Source: Mogibacterium sp. (lineage in GTDB: Bacteria; Bacillota; Clostridia; Peptostreptococcales; Anaerovoracaceae). Taken from it: a stretch of DNA of 64,000 nucleotides. Shown here piece after piece: positions 36,138-45,970 of this stretch (positions are counted from its first letter, which is position 1; every line of letters starts with the position of its first letter). Where the stretch lies: contig JAFRKO010000009.1 in the NCBI GenBank assembly GCA_017431685.1, positions 152,286 through 216,285 on the forward strand. Direction: 5' to 3'. Position numbers and translations under genes: made by a program. Below the pieces are notes generated by a model. The model had not been told where the DNA came from and searched no databases. It was given only the letters and a program-made list of their open reading frames with translations.

Positions 36138-37124
36138 TCATAAAGAAATCAAATTAATTACCTCTTCGTAAGTAGGCATGATCTTTAATGCCCCTTTTCG
36201 AGTTGTAACAATAGATGCAGCAGCATTTGCCGTTACCAGCATATTCATGATTATTTCTTCATCTAGCCTGTCAATGCCGTTATCTAATACTGTATTTAAT
36301 ATGCAGGCACAGAACGTATCGCCAGCGCCAGTCGTCTCTATGGTCTCTTTCTGCAGAAATGCGTTAGCAAATACACTAAAGTCTTTATAATACGCACGGC
36401 TTCCTTCCGGTCCCATGCTGAGACATATAAGCTTCAGATTCGGATAGTTTTCCTGAAGAAAACATATGCCATCGTCAAAATCATTTTCCCCGGTAAACCA
36501 AGTTATCTCATTGTCGGAGATTTTCAGAATATGTGCCTGCCTCAATCCCCAGTCAATCTGTTCTTTTGCTTTATCCAACGTTTCCCACAGTGGCTCTCGA
36601 AGGTTCGGGTCAAATGAGATGATAAGGCCAGCATCCTGAGCTGTTTGGACCGCAAACTTCGTAGCACTTCGAACTGGTTCGTCCGTTAATGACAGCGACC
36701 CAAAGTGAAAGACGGATGCATTTCGAATAATTTCAGTGTCGACCTCATCATGTGACAGATTAATATCGGCGCCGGGATCACGATAAAAGGAAAAATCACG
36801 GTCTCCGTCCGGCAACTTAGTGACAAATGCAAGCGTTGTATGTACCCGCGGATCATAACGTATCCCATCCGTCATTATGCCCTGTGCTGAAACGGCATCC
36901 GCAAGAAATCTGCCAAAGGCATCATTTCCGACTTTCCCTATAAAAGCCGTCTTCTTTCCCAGGCGCGACAGCATGCTCAGTACATTGCAGGGAGCCCCTC
37001 CCGGATTTGCCTCCAGCAGAGGATTCCCCTGTTTTGAACTCCCGCTTTCTGTAAAATCAATCAGTAATTCTCCCAGCGCCACAACATCTATTGGTTTCTC
37101 TGTTTTTTTACCTGCTTTTTCCAT
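36138..37124 (-). CDS. PfkB-family carbohydrate kinase (fructokinase-like)
   Basis: VVALGELLIDF, GGAPCNV and TTGAGDTF motifs. The start may be 37124 or 37166. Confidence 0.8.
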   Translation of the reverse strand: MEKAGKKTEKPIDVVALGELLIDFTESGSSKQGNPLLEANPGGAPCNVLSMLSRLGKKTAFIGKVGNDAFGRFLADAVSAQGIMTDGIRYDPRVHTTLAFVTKLPDGDRDFSFYRDPGADINLSHDEVDTEIIRNASVFHFGSLSLTDEPVRSATKFAVQTAQDAGLIISFDPNLREPLWETLDKAKEQIDWGLRQAHILKISDNEITWFTGENDFDDGICFLQENYPNLKLICLSMGPEGSRAYYKDFSVFANAFLQKETIETTGAGDTFCACILNTVLDNGIDRLDEEIIMNMLVTANAAASIVTTRKGALKIMPTYEEVINLISL

Positions 37125-37289
37125 GGCAGCTTCATTCTCCTTTACGTTAAATAATTGTAGTCGCATTCACTCTATCAGCATCAATCTTCAGATCATACAG
37201 ATCTCAGATTCATGGTTTGGGCCAAAAGCAAAAAAGCTTCATGGCCAGCCAAAAAGCCTTTTTGCAAGGATAGTGAAGGTTATTGTTTT

Positions 37290-38474
37290 TCAGAATTCCA
37301 GATTAAGATCCGTCTCTTTTGAGAATATATGTGCTACTTTTCCATCAAACGTAAACTTTACAGTATCTCCGATATTATAACTATCCTCCATTTCGACAGT
37401 AGGAACAATAATTATTACATCGCGGCCACTAGCATTGACATGAAGATGCACAGAAGATCCCATCATTTCTGCAACTTCTACGCGTGCCGAGATGCCTTTT
37501 TCTGCTACATCTGTATGTTCTGGACGCACACCCAGTGTTACAGGCTGTGACTGAACATCCTTTGCCAGAAGTCGTGCTTCTTTTTCTTTGGACAGCTCAA
37601 CCTTGAGTCCTCCAACTTCCACGTAGTACTTATCGCCCTCTCTCTTTAAGTCTGCATCAAAGAAATTCATTACCGGCATTCCGATAAATCCTGCAACGAA
37701 CAGATTTGACGGATGATTAAATACCTCCTGCGGTGTTCCGATCTGCTGGATATATCCATCTTTCATGATGACGATACGGTCACCAAGTGTCATAGCTTCT
37801 GTCTGGTCATGCGTTACATACATAAATGTTGTATTGATACGCTGACGAAGTTTAATGATCTCTGCACGCATTTCATTTCGAAGTTTTGCATCGAGGTTGG
37901 ACAGAGGCTCATCCATCAGCATGACTTTTGGATCACGAACTATGGCACGGCCAATCGCTACACGCTGTCGCTGACCACCGGATAAAGCCTTTGGCTTCCT
38001 CTCGAGGTATTGTGTAATGCTCAGGATCTCTGCAGCTTCACGAACTTTCTTGTCGATTACATCTTTTGGCTCTTTACGGAGTTTGAGAGAGAATGCCATA
38101 TTCTCGTATACGGACATATGAGGATAGAGGGCATAGTTCTGAAAGACCATTGCAATATCACGATCCTTAGGAGCAACATCATTCATAACTTTGCCGTCAA
38201 TAACGAGTTCACCGTCACTTATCTCTTCGAGACCGGCAACCATCCTCAGAGTAGTAGACTTCCCGCATCCGGATGGACCTACTAAAACAATGAACTCTTT
38301 GTCTGCAATATCCAGGCTGAATTCCTGAACTGCAACCACTCCCTCATCGGTTATCTGAAGATTAGATTTCTTCTTCTCCGGTTTGTTTTCATCATTCTTT
38401 TTCTTTTTGCTTTTCTGTTCTCCGCTTATGAACGGATATACTTTTTTGATGTTATTAAGCTGTACTGTTGCCAT
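37290..38474 (-). CDS. sugar ABC transporter ATP-binding protein (MsmK/MsmX/UgpC type) with a Lys-rich N-terminal insert
   Basis: GPSGCGKST Walker A, LSGGQRQR, LMDEPLSNLD. I chose the ATG at 38474 (MATVQL); the track ORF extends to a GTG at 38558. Confidence 0.9.
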   Translation of the reverse strand: MATVQLNNIKKVYPFISGEQKSKKKKNDENKPEKKKSNLQITDEGVVAVQEFSLDIADKEFIVLVGPSGCGKSTTLRMVAGLEEISDGELVIDGKVMNDVAPKDRDIAMVFQNYALYPHMSVYENMAFSLKLRKEPKDVIDKKVREAAEILSITQYLERKPKALSGGQRQRVAIGRAIVRDPKVMLMDEPLSNLDAKLRNEMRAEIIKLRQRINTTFMYVTHDQTEAMTLGDRIVIMKDGYIQQIGTPQEVFNHPSNLFVAGFIGMPVMNFFDADLKREGDKYYVEVGGLKVELSKEKEARLLAKDVQSQPVTLGVRPEHTDVAEKGISARVEVAEMMGSSVHLHVNASGRDVIIIVPTVEMEDSYNIGDTVKFTFDGKVAHIFSKETDLNLEF

Positions 38475-38671
38475 AGTATTATTGACTCCGGACACATTGC
38501 CTCCGCATGATGTGCCCTCGCAGGGACTGATGCCTCCTGCATTACGACAGGTCTCCACACTGCCGCAGCCCGAGTCCTGGCATATTTCCTCCTTTCCTCA
38601 TGTCCCTGACACCAAGTAAAGTGGAGTGGTTTCCAGGTCATGGTAGTAGCATAATCAACAATTAAACCGTA

Positions 38672-40159
38672 TCAATCATCTATTTCTAACTCATATTTTT
38701 CTATATCTATCAGTACATTTCCTTTAGAGCTAAAACTGATGGCACTTGCATCGATCGGTGTATATAGTATGAAAGATGCGGCCTGCATTCCATCGTTTAC
38801 AAACAGCTCAAGGCTGTATCTGTCCAGGATTATTCTCAGCTTTAAAACTCCGTCAATTGTATCAACAGGAAATTCCCTGACATTTACTATATCGTGCGGA
38901 AAGCCACTGTGTGTACGGTCAACTTTGATCGTACTTTTATCAGGTCTGAATCTGATATAGGTATATTTATCTCCATCATTGGCGACATAGATCCTGATCC
39001 ACTCATACATATCCTTTTCATTGCTAGGATGGATTGTCACCGTCATATCTATGTACCTTCCACTTATGCCATATAGACTCTCGGATCCGCAGACCATAAC
39101 ATTATGATAATCGAACCTGTCTTTGCGGTAGTTTTCTATCTCCCTTACCGGATTCTGGCATAGTCTCCCGCCGCTTATAGATAGTTCTCGCGGAAGGATC
39201 ATTTGTCCAACAAAACTGATATCTCGCGGTTTACTGAAAGTTGTTTCCCAGTTCTGCATCCAAGCGATCATCACTCGCCTTCCATCATTCGCCAAGAGTG
39301 TCTGAGGTGCATAAAAGTCAAGTCCGTAATCAATAGCCTGCACCTTTTCTCTCTCAAAACGCTTGGCATATTGATCGTAATGACCAATCAAGCACATGTT
39401 AGCATTTCCGGGATGAAATTCGAGACCTATAGCAGGCATTTCCATAGTGCTTATCAGGAGTACATCCTTGCCATCAAGGCTGAAAAGATCCGGGCACTCC
39501 CACATTTCTCCATATTGTCTGTTACAGGAGTCTACTGTTGTTATATACTCCCAATTGATTGCGTCCTCACTTTCAAAAAGCAGGATATTACCGCTTTTGT
39601 CAAATCCGCGATTTCCTATAACAGAATAGTATTTGTCGCCTTCTCTCCAGATTTTTGGGTCTCTGAAATCATGTTCACTTCCCCCCTCTGGAAGGTATCC
39701 TGCATCTATTACGGGATTGCCCTCATACTTCTCATAATCAACACCGTCGCCAATCGCAATGCATTGGGTCTGGAAACTGTCAATCTTTCCGTTCCGCTTT
39801 CTAACATTACGTACCCCTGTATACATCAGCAGATGGCGACCATCAGATAACTCAACCGCACCTCCTGAGAAGCATCCGTCTCGGTCATAATTCTTATCAG
39901 GTGCCAATGCAGCAGGCAGCCTTTCCCAACGAACAAAATCTTTGGTCTTGACATGGCCCCAATGCATCAGTCCCCACTTTGTGTCATACGGATAGTATTG
40001 GAAGAAAAGATGGTATTCCCCTTTATATGGCGCAAACCCATTCGGATCGTTCATCCACCCAATTCCACCTGTAATATGAAACATCGGTTGCTCTGAAGAT
40101 GTATATGAGAGATATTTATTCTCAAAATCACGTGCGCGCTGAAGAGTCTTGCTTATCAT
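38672..40159 (-). CDS. glycoside hydrolase family 32 (sucrose-6-phosphate hydrolase / beta-fructofuranosidase), intracellular
   Basis: WMNDPNG, FRDP and WECPD catalytic motifs. No signal peptide. Confidence 0.9.
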   Translation of the reverse strand: MISKTLQRARDFENKYLSYTSSEQPMFHITGGIGWMNDPNGFAPYKGEYHLFFQYYPYDTKWGLMHWGHVKTKDFVRWERLPAALAPDKNYDRDGCFSGGAVELSDGRHLLMYTGVRNVRKRNGKIDSFQTQCIAIGDGVDYEKYEGNPVIDAGYLPEGGSEHDFRDPKIWREGDKYYSVIGNRGFDKSGNILLFESEDAINWEYITTVDSCNRQYGEMWECPDLFSLDGKDVLLISTMEMPAIGLEFHPGNANMCLIGHYDQYAKRFEREKVQAIDYGLDFYAPQTLLANDGRRVMIAWMQNWETTFSKPRDISFVGQMILPRELSISGGRLCQNPVREIENYRKDRFDYHNVMVCGSESLYGISGRYIDMTVTIHPSNEKDMYEWIRIYVANDGDKYTYIRFRPDKSTIKVDRTHSGFPHDIVNVREFPVDTIDGVLKLRIILDRYSLELFVNDGMQAASFILYTPIDASAISFSSKGNVLIDIEKYELEIDD

Positions 40160-40251
40160 TTCAATACCTTTTTCGTAATGAGGAACCTAACTTACATCAA
40201 ACTCACTTCTTTGTATTTGGCGTACTTTATACTCAACCTCCCGAGCAGGCT

Positions 40252-40278
40252 CCGCCCTGCTCTGGATATGCAGGGCGG
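40252..40278 (-). promoter_or_regulatory. intercistronic GC-rich stem-loop between the SBP and GH32 genes
   Basis: CCGCCCTGC/GCAGGGCGG 9-bp stem with no U-tract. It may act as an mRNA stability or processing element. Confidence 0.35.
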
Positions 40279-40337
40279 GTACTACAGGAGCACATTCTGC
40301 TTGCTCTAAGAGGAAATATGAAGTAAGTTGGTTACGA

Positions 40338-42026
40338 TCAGTTGCTATATGCATCATAGTATTTCTGGAATACGGCAAGATACTTCTCAAGACCGTAATT
40401 ATTCAGATCGGCCTGCAGATTATCCCAATCTGCGTCTGTAAAACCGTTCATGATCCAGTCTGACTTAGCTGTATTTATGCATTTCTGAATATCTGGCATA
40501 AGATCTGAAATCGTTTTAGTATCTTCAGTATTCATAAATGCATTAGGGAACACGTTTTTAGTATTCATATCCGGTGTATAAATATCTTTGATCCAATCAA
40601 GCCTATACTGCGCGTCATCCGGGCATGTCACATAGACTCCATAGTAGCTGTCAAGTATTGCAAGCGGTCCGCCCACGCACTCAGCCTCACGTACTTCTAC
40701 AGGAGATGCATCTCCAAGAGGAGCATGCTGAAGCATATCTTCGCCTTTATCATTCTTACCCATCACGAAGATATCAAATTCATCATCTTCGCCATATGTT
40801 CCCCAGTTGTTCTGAGGTGACTGGATAGGATCATACATCTGATCGATCCACGCACAGACTAGTGCAGGGTTTTCACATGCAGCTGTAACTACGCAGCGGC
40901 CACGGTCAAATCCCGATGTGAATGACCCATTTGAAGGAGTGATATTGCGGACATCTGCTGTAAGTGCAGGAAGTGGGACCCAGTTCTTGCCGGCAATGAG
41001 ATCGTCCATGCTGACCTGGGCAATGTTAGCAACATCCCATGAGAAGCAGACGCCGTAACGTCCTGACTTTCCCTTTGAAACGTATGTGGACCAATCCTGT
41101 GTGAAAGCGTCAGGATCTATCAGCCCCTTTGCATACAGTTCATGCATCCATGCAATACCTTTTTTGAATCCTTCTGAATTAGCAACACATACTACCTTAC
41201 CATCATCGGTTACAGCTATATGGCGACCTCTGTCAGGATCTCCGTATCCTTCGCCAAAACCATTTATTATGATGCAAGGATCGTTGTCACCATCATTCAT
41301 TATGCACGACATCGGAATTACATCTCCGTCAATATTGAATTCCTCTTTCAGCTTTGCAGAGTTATCTTTGAAAGCTTCAAGAACTTTCTCAAATTCTTCT
41401 GTAGTTGTAGGAACATCAAGTCCAAGGAAGTCCAGCCACGCTTTATTGATAAAGCTCATATAACCTACAGTCTGTATGGCTGTCTTATCATGACCAAGCT
41501 GTTCTATCCAAGGGAACGCCCATATATGGCCGTTTTCATCTTCGCACATTACCCTGTACTCAGGAGCCTGCTCAAATACCTTCTGGAGGTTAGGCATATA
41601 CTTGTCGATATAATCCTCAACGTTGATGATCACACCCTGCTTAGCGTACTTCTGAAGATCTACATCACCGAAGCTGGCGGTAAAAACAAAGTCAGGCAGT
41701 GTCTTTACATTTGACATTTCGAGAGAGATCTTGTCTCCCCACTGATCGCTCTGAATACTTTTCCACTCGACATGTACATTAGTCTTTTCCTCAAGGCGTT
41801 TAAATATCGTACGGTTGTTTGGCTCTGATTCAGTACCTGCAGGGAAGCTGGTCAGTCCTGATATAGTGGCGGTCTCAGCCAGAGGAAATGCAAGGGATGC
41901 AGGATCAACGTCTGTCCCTTCTCCTCCGCTTCCTGATCCGCCACCCTTGCTGCCACATCCTGCCAGCAATGAAAGCGTCATGATCAGTACGAGAACAAGT
42001 GCCAGATTTCTTTTAATCTTGTTCAT
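40338..42026 (-). CDS. ABC transporter extracellular solute-binding lipoprotein (large LplA-type)
   Basis: Signal peptide with lipobox LLAGCGS. 562 aa. It lies upstream of GH32 and downstream of two permease genes. Confidence 0.85.
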   Translation of the reverse strand: MNKIKRNLALVLVLIMTLSLLAGCGSKGGGSGSGGEGTDVDPASLAFPLAETATISGLTSFPAGTESEPNNRTIFKRLEEKTNVHVEWKSIQSDQWGDKISLEMSNVKTLPDFVFTASFGDVDLQKYAKQGVIINVEDYIDKYMPNLQKVFEQAPEYRVMCEDENGHIWAFPWIEQLGHDKTAIQTVGYMSFINKAWLDFLGLDVPTTTEEFEKVLEAFKDNSAKLKEEFNIDGDVIPMSCIMNDGDNDPCIIINGFGEGYGDPDRGRHIAVTDDGKVVCVANSEGFKKGIAWMHELYAKGLIDPDAFTQDWSTYVSKGKSGRYGVCFSWDVANIAQVSMDDLIAGKNWVPLPALTADVRNITPSNGSFTSGFDRGRCVVTAACENPALVCAWIDQMYDPIQSPQNNWGTYGEDDEFDIFVMGKNDKGEDMLQHAPLGDASPVEVREAECVGGPLAILDSYYGVYVTCPDDAQYRLDWIKDIYTPDMNTKNVFPNAFMNTEDTKTISDLMPDIQKCINTAKSDWIMNGFTDADWDNLQADLNNYGLEKYLAVFQKYYDAYSN

Positions 42027-42096
42027 TTTTCTTCTCCTTTAATAATTAATTGCATTTTTAGATATTATTAAGCAGGTTTTCTGCCTTTTAACGTTA

Positions 42097-42996
42097 TTAA
42101 CCTTTGACCGCTCCTGCCATGATACCGTTATCGAAGTATTTCTGGAAAAACGGATAAAGTATCATAAGCGGTAGCGACGAGATTATTATCGTTGCATATT
42201 TCAAAAGTTCGGCAAGCTGTGCACGCTCAGCTGTACTCTGCATATCACTTACCATACCCGGTTCAGGCTGGTTCTGGATAAGTATCGATCTGAGGACTAA
42301 CTGCAATGGTTGTTTTGATGCGCTGTTCAGATATATCATAGCGTCGAAATAACTGTTCCACATTCCTACGAACTGCCACATTGCAATAGTCGCTATTATC
42401 GGTGTGCAGACAGGAAGCAGTATCTTGAAGAAATAGATCATTTCTGTCGCACCGTCAATTTCTGCTGCTTCCTGCAGATCCTTAGGGATTCCCATATAAT
42501 ATGTTCTTGCGATGATCATGTTCCAAACACTGAATGCACCAGGAAGCAATATTGCCCATATGGTATCCAGCATTCCCAGACTGCTGATCAGCAAGTATGT
42601 AGGAATCAGCCCGCCTCCAAAGAACATCGTAATGACAAAAAGTGTGTTAAAGAATCCTCTGCCTTTGAAATCAGCTCTTGACATCGGGTATGCTGCTAAC
42701 AGGGTTACGACAACTGAGATTATTGTAAATAACACTGAGTAAACTAGAGCGTTCTTGAACCCGACCCAAATCTGTGCATTTGACATTACTCTCTGATAAG
42801 CCGTGGTAGTCCATTTGCTGAAGTCAAATGTAAGACCGCTGTTTTGAAGAGTTATAGGATCAATAAACGAAGCCAGAATTATGTATATTACCGGTATAAT
42901 GATAGCTAAGAGAAATACCCCCAGTATCACATAACCAACTATAAGGATCGCCTTATCCTCGGAAGGATATTTGGCAAATTCAGTTTTCTTTTTCAT
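42097..42996 (-). CDS. carbohydrate ABC transporter permease (LplC type)
   Basis: EAAEIDGA EAA-loop and 6 TM segments. The ATG at 42996 has a GGAGG SD. Confidence 0.9.
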   Translation of the reverse strand: MKKKTEFAKYPSEDKAILIVGYVILGVFLLAIIIPVIYIILASFIDPITLQNSGLTFDFSKWTTTAYQRVMSNAQIWVGFKNALVYSVLFTIISVVVTLLAAYPMSRADFKGRGFFNTLFVITMFFGGGLIPTYLLISSLGMLDTIWAILLPGAFSVWNMIIARTYYMGIPKDLQEAAEIDGATEMIYFFKILLPVCTPIIATIAMWQFVGMWNSYFDAMIYLNSASKQPLQLVLRSILIQNQPEPGMVSDMQSTAERAQLAELLKYATIIISSLPLMILYPFFQKYFDNGIMAGAVKG

Positions 42997-43015
42997 TGTC
43001 AAATCCTCCTTCCTT

Positions 43016-43960
43016 TTATATGCCTTTGCCTTCGTTCATCCTCTTGACTAAGGCATTCATAGATATCAGTAGGATGACATTGATTACGGTGTTAAATAAC
43101 CCGACCGCTGTAGAGAATCCGTAGTCGCCATCCAAAAGACCTTTTTTATATACATATGTTGCTATGATTTCAGATGTGTTAAGATTCAGATCTGTCTGGA
43201 GAGCGTATGCCTTCTCAAAGCCTACAGACATAATGTTTCCGACTGACATGATGAATTGAATCAGCACAGTATCCTTGATCGCCGGCCACTCTACAGCTTT
43301 TATCTGCTGAATGATATTCGCGCCGTCTATTACAGCCGCCTCTTTAAGCTCCTTGCTGGCATTTGACAGCGCTGCTGTATAGATAATTGACGCCCAGCCT
43401 GCACCTTGCCAAATGCCTGATGCTATGTATATAGTTCGGAAAGCTTCTGGCATCGTCATGAAATTGATATCAGTGCCAAGCAGTGAATTTACCATTCCTG
43501 TAGGTGAAAGGAGAATTCTTACAATACCGCACAGGACGATGACCGATATGAAATTCGGCATATACAGTACTAACTGTATTTTCTGTTTTGTCTTGGAACT
43601 CAGGATACGATTGAGAAGGAAAGCCAGTAATATCGGAGCCGGAAAGCCCCAAAGCAGACCATACACACTTAGCTTCAGAGTATTAACAAGATATCTCAGG
43701 AAGTCTGGTGACGACAGGAATCGGGTGAAGTTTTGAAATCCGATCCATTCGCTCCCTAGAATTCCTTTGATCGGGTTATATTCCGTGAAGGCAATCATGA
43801 TACCGCCCATCGGAATATAGCGGAACACCACCGTCAAAAGAACAGCAGGCAACATGAACAATGCATACAACTGCCAGTGTTGTTTTACATACACAATGGT
43901 ATTATGCATCTTATTGCTGCCTGCTTTTCCTCCAACGGCGGCTGAAGAGATGTTTTTCAT
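43016..43960 (-). CDS. sugar ABC transporter permease (LplB type)
   Basis: EAAVIDGAN EAA-loop. The ATG at 43960 has a GGAGG SD. Confidence 0.9.
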   Translation of the reverse strand: MKNISSAAVGGKAGSNKMHNTIVYVKQHWQLYALFMLPAVLLTVVFRYIPMGGIMIAFTEYNPIKGILGSEWIGFQNFTRFLSSPDFLRYLVNTLKLSVYGLLWGFPAPILLAFLLNRILSSKTKQKIQLVLYMPNFISVIVLCGIVRILLSPTGMVNSLLGTDINFMTMPEAFRTIYIASGIWQGAGWASIIYTAALSNASKELKEAAVIDGANIIQQIKAVEWPAIKDTVLIQFIMSVGNIMSVGFEKAYALQTDLNLNTSEIIATYVYKKGLLDGDYGFSTAVGLFNTVINVILLISMNALVKRMNEGKGI

Positions 43961-44065
43961 AAATACCGCCTCCAATTCTTTCTTAAATAGCTCTAAACGT
44001 CTATTTCTTGCAACCATGCATATTCACAGTTAGAAAAAGCTTGTGATTACATGCTATCACCCGTG

Positions 44066-44186
44066 TGTGCAAATGTCAACATCTAATATGTCATTTGCAC
44101 AAATTATTTAGGCATATGCCCCTTTATTAACCATTTTTCTTAGACATTTTTCTCCTTTCGCATCATTCAAACTTTACATTTGCACA
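44066..44186. promoter_or_regulatory. divergent promoter region with three copies of a TGTGCAAATG motif (candidate LacI-family operators)
   Basis: TGTGCAAATG at 44066-44075. Its reverse complement CATTTGCACA occurs at 44092-44101 and 44177-44186. The first overlaps a minus-strand TTGACA -35 box. The third overlaps TTTACA-16 nt-TAAACT upstream of the regulator gene. Confidence 0.45.
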
Positions 44187-44245
44187 ATTTGTGGTAAACT
44201 ATTGATAACACATTACTATAGCTATGAACTACAAGGTCACTAAAA

Positions 44246-45301
44246 ATGAAAAAGAAAGTCACAATACAGGATATTGCGGATGCTTTGGGAGTCTCACGCA
44301 ACACGGTCTCAAAGGCCATAAACAATTCAGATGGTCTTGCGGATTCCACCAGAGAAAAAATATTGCAAAAAGCCGTGGAGATGGGTTACAAGCAGTTTTC
44401 ATATATAAATACACTTGCAAACTCTTCCCCATATAATATTAATAATAACAATGATTACGGAAGTTCGCTTAACAAAGGCGAGATCGCACTTTTCACCACT
44501 GTATTTCTGACACTCTCACACTTTACATCTGTGATGCTTGACAAATTACAGCGCGAACTGTCTCAGCTCGGTTATACCTTGAATACACATAGGGTCACCC
44601 CTGAAAACATTGCTGAAGGAACTCTCCCTATCACTTTCTCTAAAGATCGATCCTCAGCTATCATTTGTATAGAAATGTTCAACAGAGAATACGACGAAAT
44701 GGTATGTAATCTCGGAATTCCGATTCTTTTTGTTGACGGGCCGACTAAACGTGAAGGTTTGAACCTGCCAGCAGATCAACTTTATATGGAAAACACCGTT
44801 GAGATCACACGCTTTGTAAACGATATGCTGATGAAGGGTAAGAAAAGGATCGGATTTATCGGAGACTATGATCACTGTCAGTCTTTCTTCGAGCGCTATA
44901 CTGCATACCGCTGTGCAATGCTGATGGCTGATTGCCAGGTTGATGAACAATACATCATTAAAAGCAACAGTGTCGAGTACATTAAAGAAAAGTTATCAAA
45001 AATGAAAAGCCTTCCAGATGTGTTTATCTGTGCCAACGACTTTATAGCAGATGATTCCATCACTATTTTAAAAGCTTTTGGAAAGCGCATTCCCGATGAT
45101 GTCCTTTTCTGCGGATTTGATGACGCCCCTGAATCACGTTCGATGAGCCCGAAGCTTACAACCATACATATCCATACACAGATAATGGCTTATTCCGCCG
45201 TTCATCTATTACTATCCCGTATTCAGGAGCCTTCTCTAGATTACAGAATAATATATACTGAAACTGAACTTATTTATCGTGAATCTACCAATCTCGACTA
45301 A
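44246..45301 (+). CDS. LacI-family transcriptional regulator
   Basis: VTIQDIADALGVSRNTVSKAINN HTH plus a sugar-binding domain. Confidence 0.9.
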   Translation: MKKKVTIQDIADALGVSRNTVSKAINNSDGLADSTREKILQKAVEMGYKQFSYINTLANSSPYNINNNNDYGSSLNKGEIALFTTVFLTLSHFTSVMLDKLQRELSQLGYTLNTHRVTPENIAEGTLPITFSKDRSSAIICIEMFNREYDEMVCNLGIPILFVDGPTKREGLNLPADQLYMENTVEITRFVNDMLMKGKKRIGFIGDYDHCQSFFERYTAYRCAMLMADCQVDEQYIIKSNSVEYIKEKLSKMKSLPDVFICANDFIADDSITILKAFGKRIPDDVLFCGFDDAPESRSMSPKLTTIHIHTQIMAYSAVHLLLSRIQEPSLDYRIIYTETELIYRESTNLD

Positions 45302-45316
45302 AGTGTAATAATAGCA

Positions 45317-45970
45317 ATGAAATTTTTTTCTTACGATAGCAAATTCAGTCAGCTCATGCTAAAGCTGTGTTTCGCCTGTTACTTGAATATTCTATGGTTG
45401 ATTTGTTCCATTCCAATCATTACCATCGGAGCATCGAGTACTGCATTATATTACACATGCCTCAAAATCGTTCGTGGTGAAGAGAAAAATATAACCGCAA
45501 AATTCTTTCAGTCTTTTAAAGAGAATTTTAAACAGTCAACGATCATATGGCTGATCATGCTGGCTATCGGTTTATTCCTTTCCTTTGACGGATATATACT
45601 CTATCATGTGCGAGCATCATCATCAGGTACTGTTGCAGTATTTTGGACCATTATCCTGGCTCTTGTTATTGCTGCCGCTGTTGTATATGTCATAGTTTTG
45701 CTTTATGTATTCCCACTAGTTGCAAGTGTATATAACTCCAGCGCTGCTATGATTAAAAATGCCTTCCTTATCGGAACTCATTATCTGTTCGCTACGGTTC
45801 TGGTTTTCGCAGTTCACTTTGCAATGTTCTTTACGATAGTGCGCATATTCACTCCTTTTATCGTCTTCGGTGAGGGACTCTGCGCTCTTATCAGTGCATA
45901 TCTTTTGAACAATGTTCTTTTTATTAGTTCAGGTGTGCGTGAAGAAGATACAGAAAAGAAAACATTATGA
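45317..45970 (+). CDS. YesL/DUF624-family membrane protein
   Basis: N-terminal pattern LNILWLICSIPIITIGASSTALYY. Multi-TM. Confidence 0.75.
   Translation: MKFFSYDSKFSQLMLKLCFACYLNILWLICSIPIITIGASSTALYYTCLKIVRGEEKNITAKFFQSFKENFKQSTIIWLIMLAIGLFLSFDGYILYHVRASSSGTVAVFWTIILALVIAAAVVYVIVLLYVFPLVASVYNSSAAMIKNAFLIGTHYLFATVLVFAVHFAMFFTIVRIFTPFIVFGEGLCALISAYLLNNVLFISSGVREEDTEKKTL

Noticed and set aside
38340-38440. Lys-rich insert (KSKKKKNDENKPEKKKS) near the N-terminus of the ABC ATPase as a possible frameshift or assembly artefact
   Set aside because: The reading frame is continuous and the flanking conserved segments are in register. Similar Lys-rich inserts occur in MsmK-type ATPases of related Clostridia as far as I recall.
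38426-38641. 71-aa Arg-rich minus-strand ORF overlapping the ATPase start
   Set aside because: It is out of frame with, and overlaps, the well-supported ATPase start. Its composition looks like a GC-rich off-frame artefact. The region is instead reported as a possible regulatory spacer.
39203-39850. 215-aa plus-strand ORF
   Set aside because: It is antisense to the GH32 gene, which carries all three catalytic motifs.
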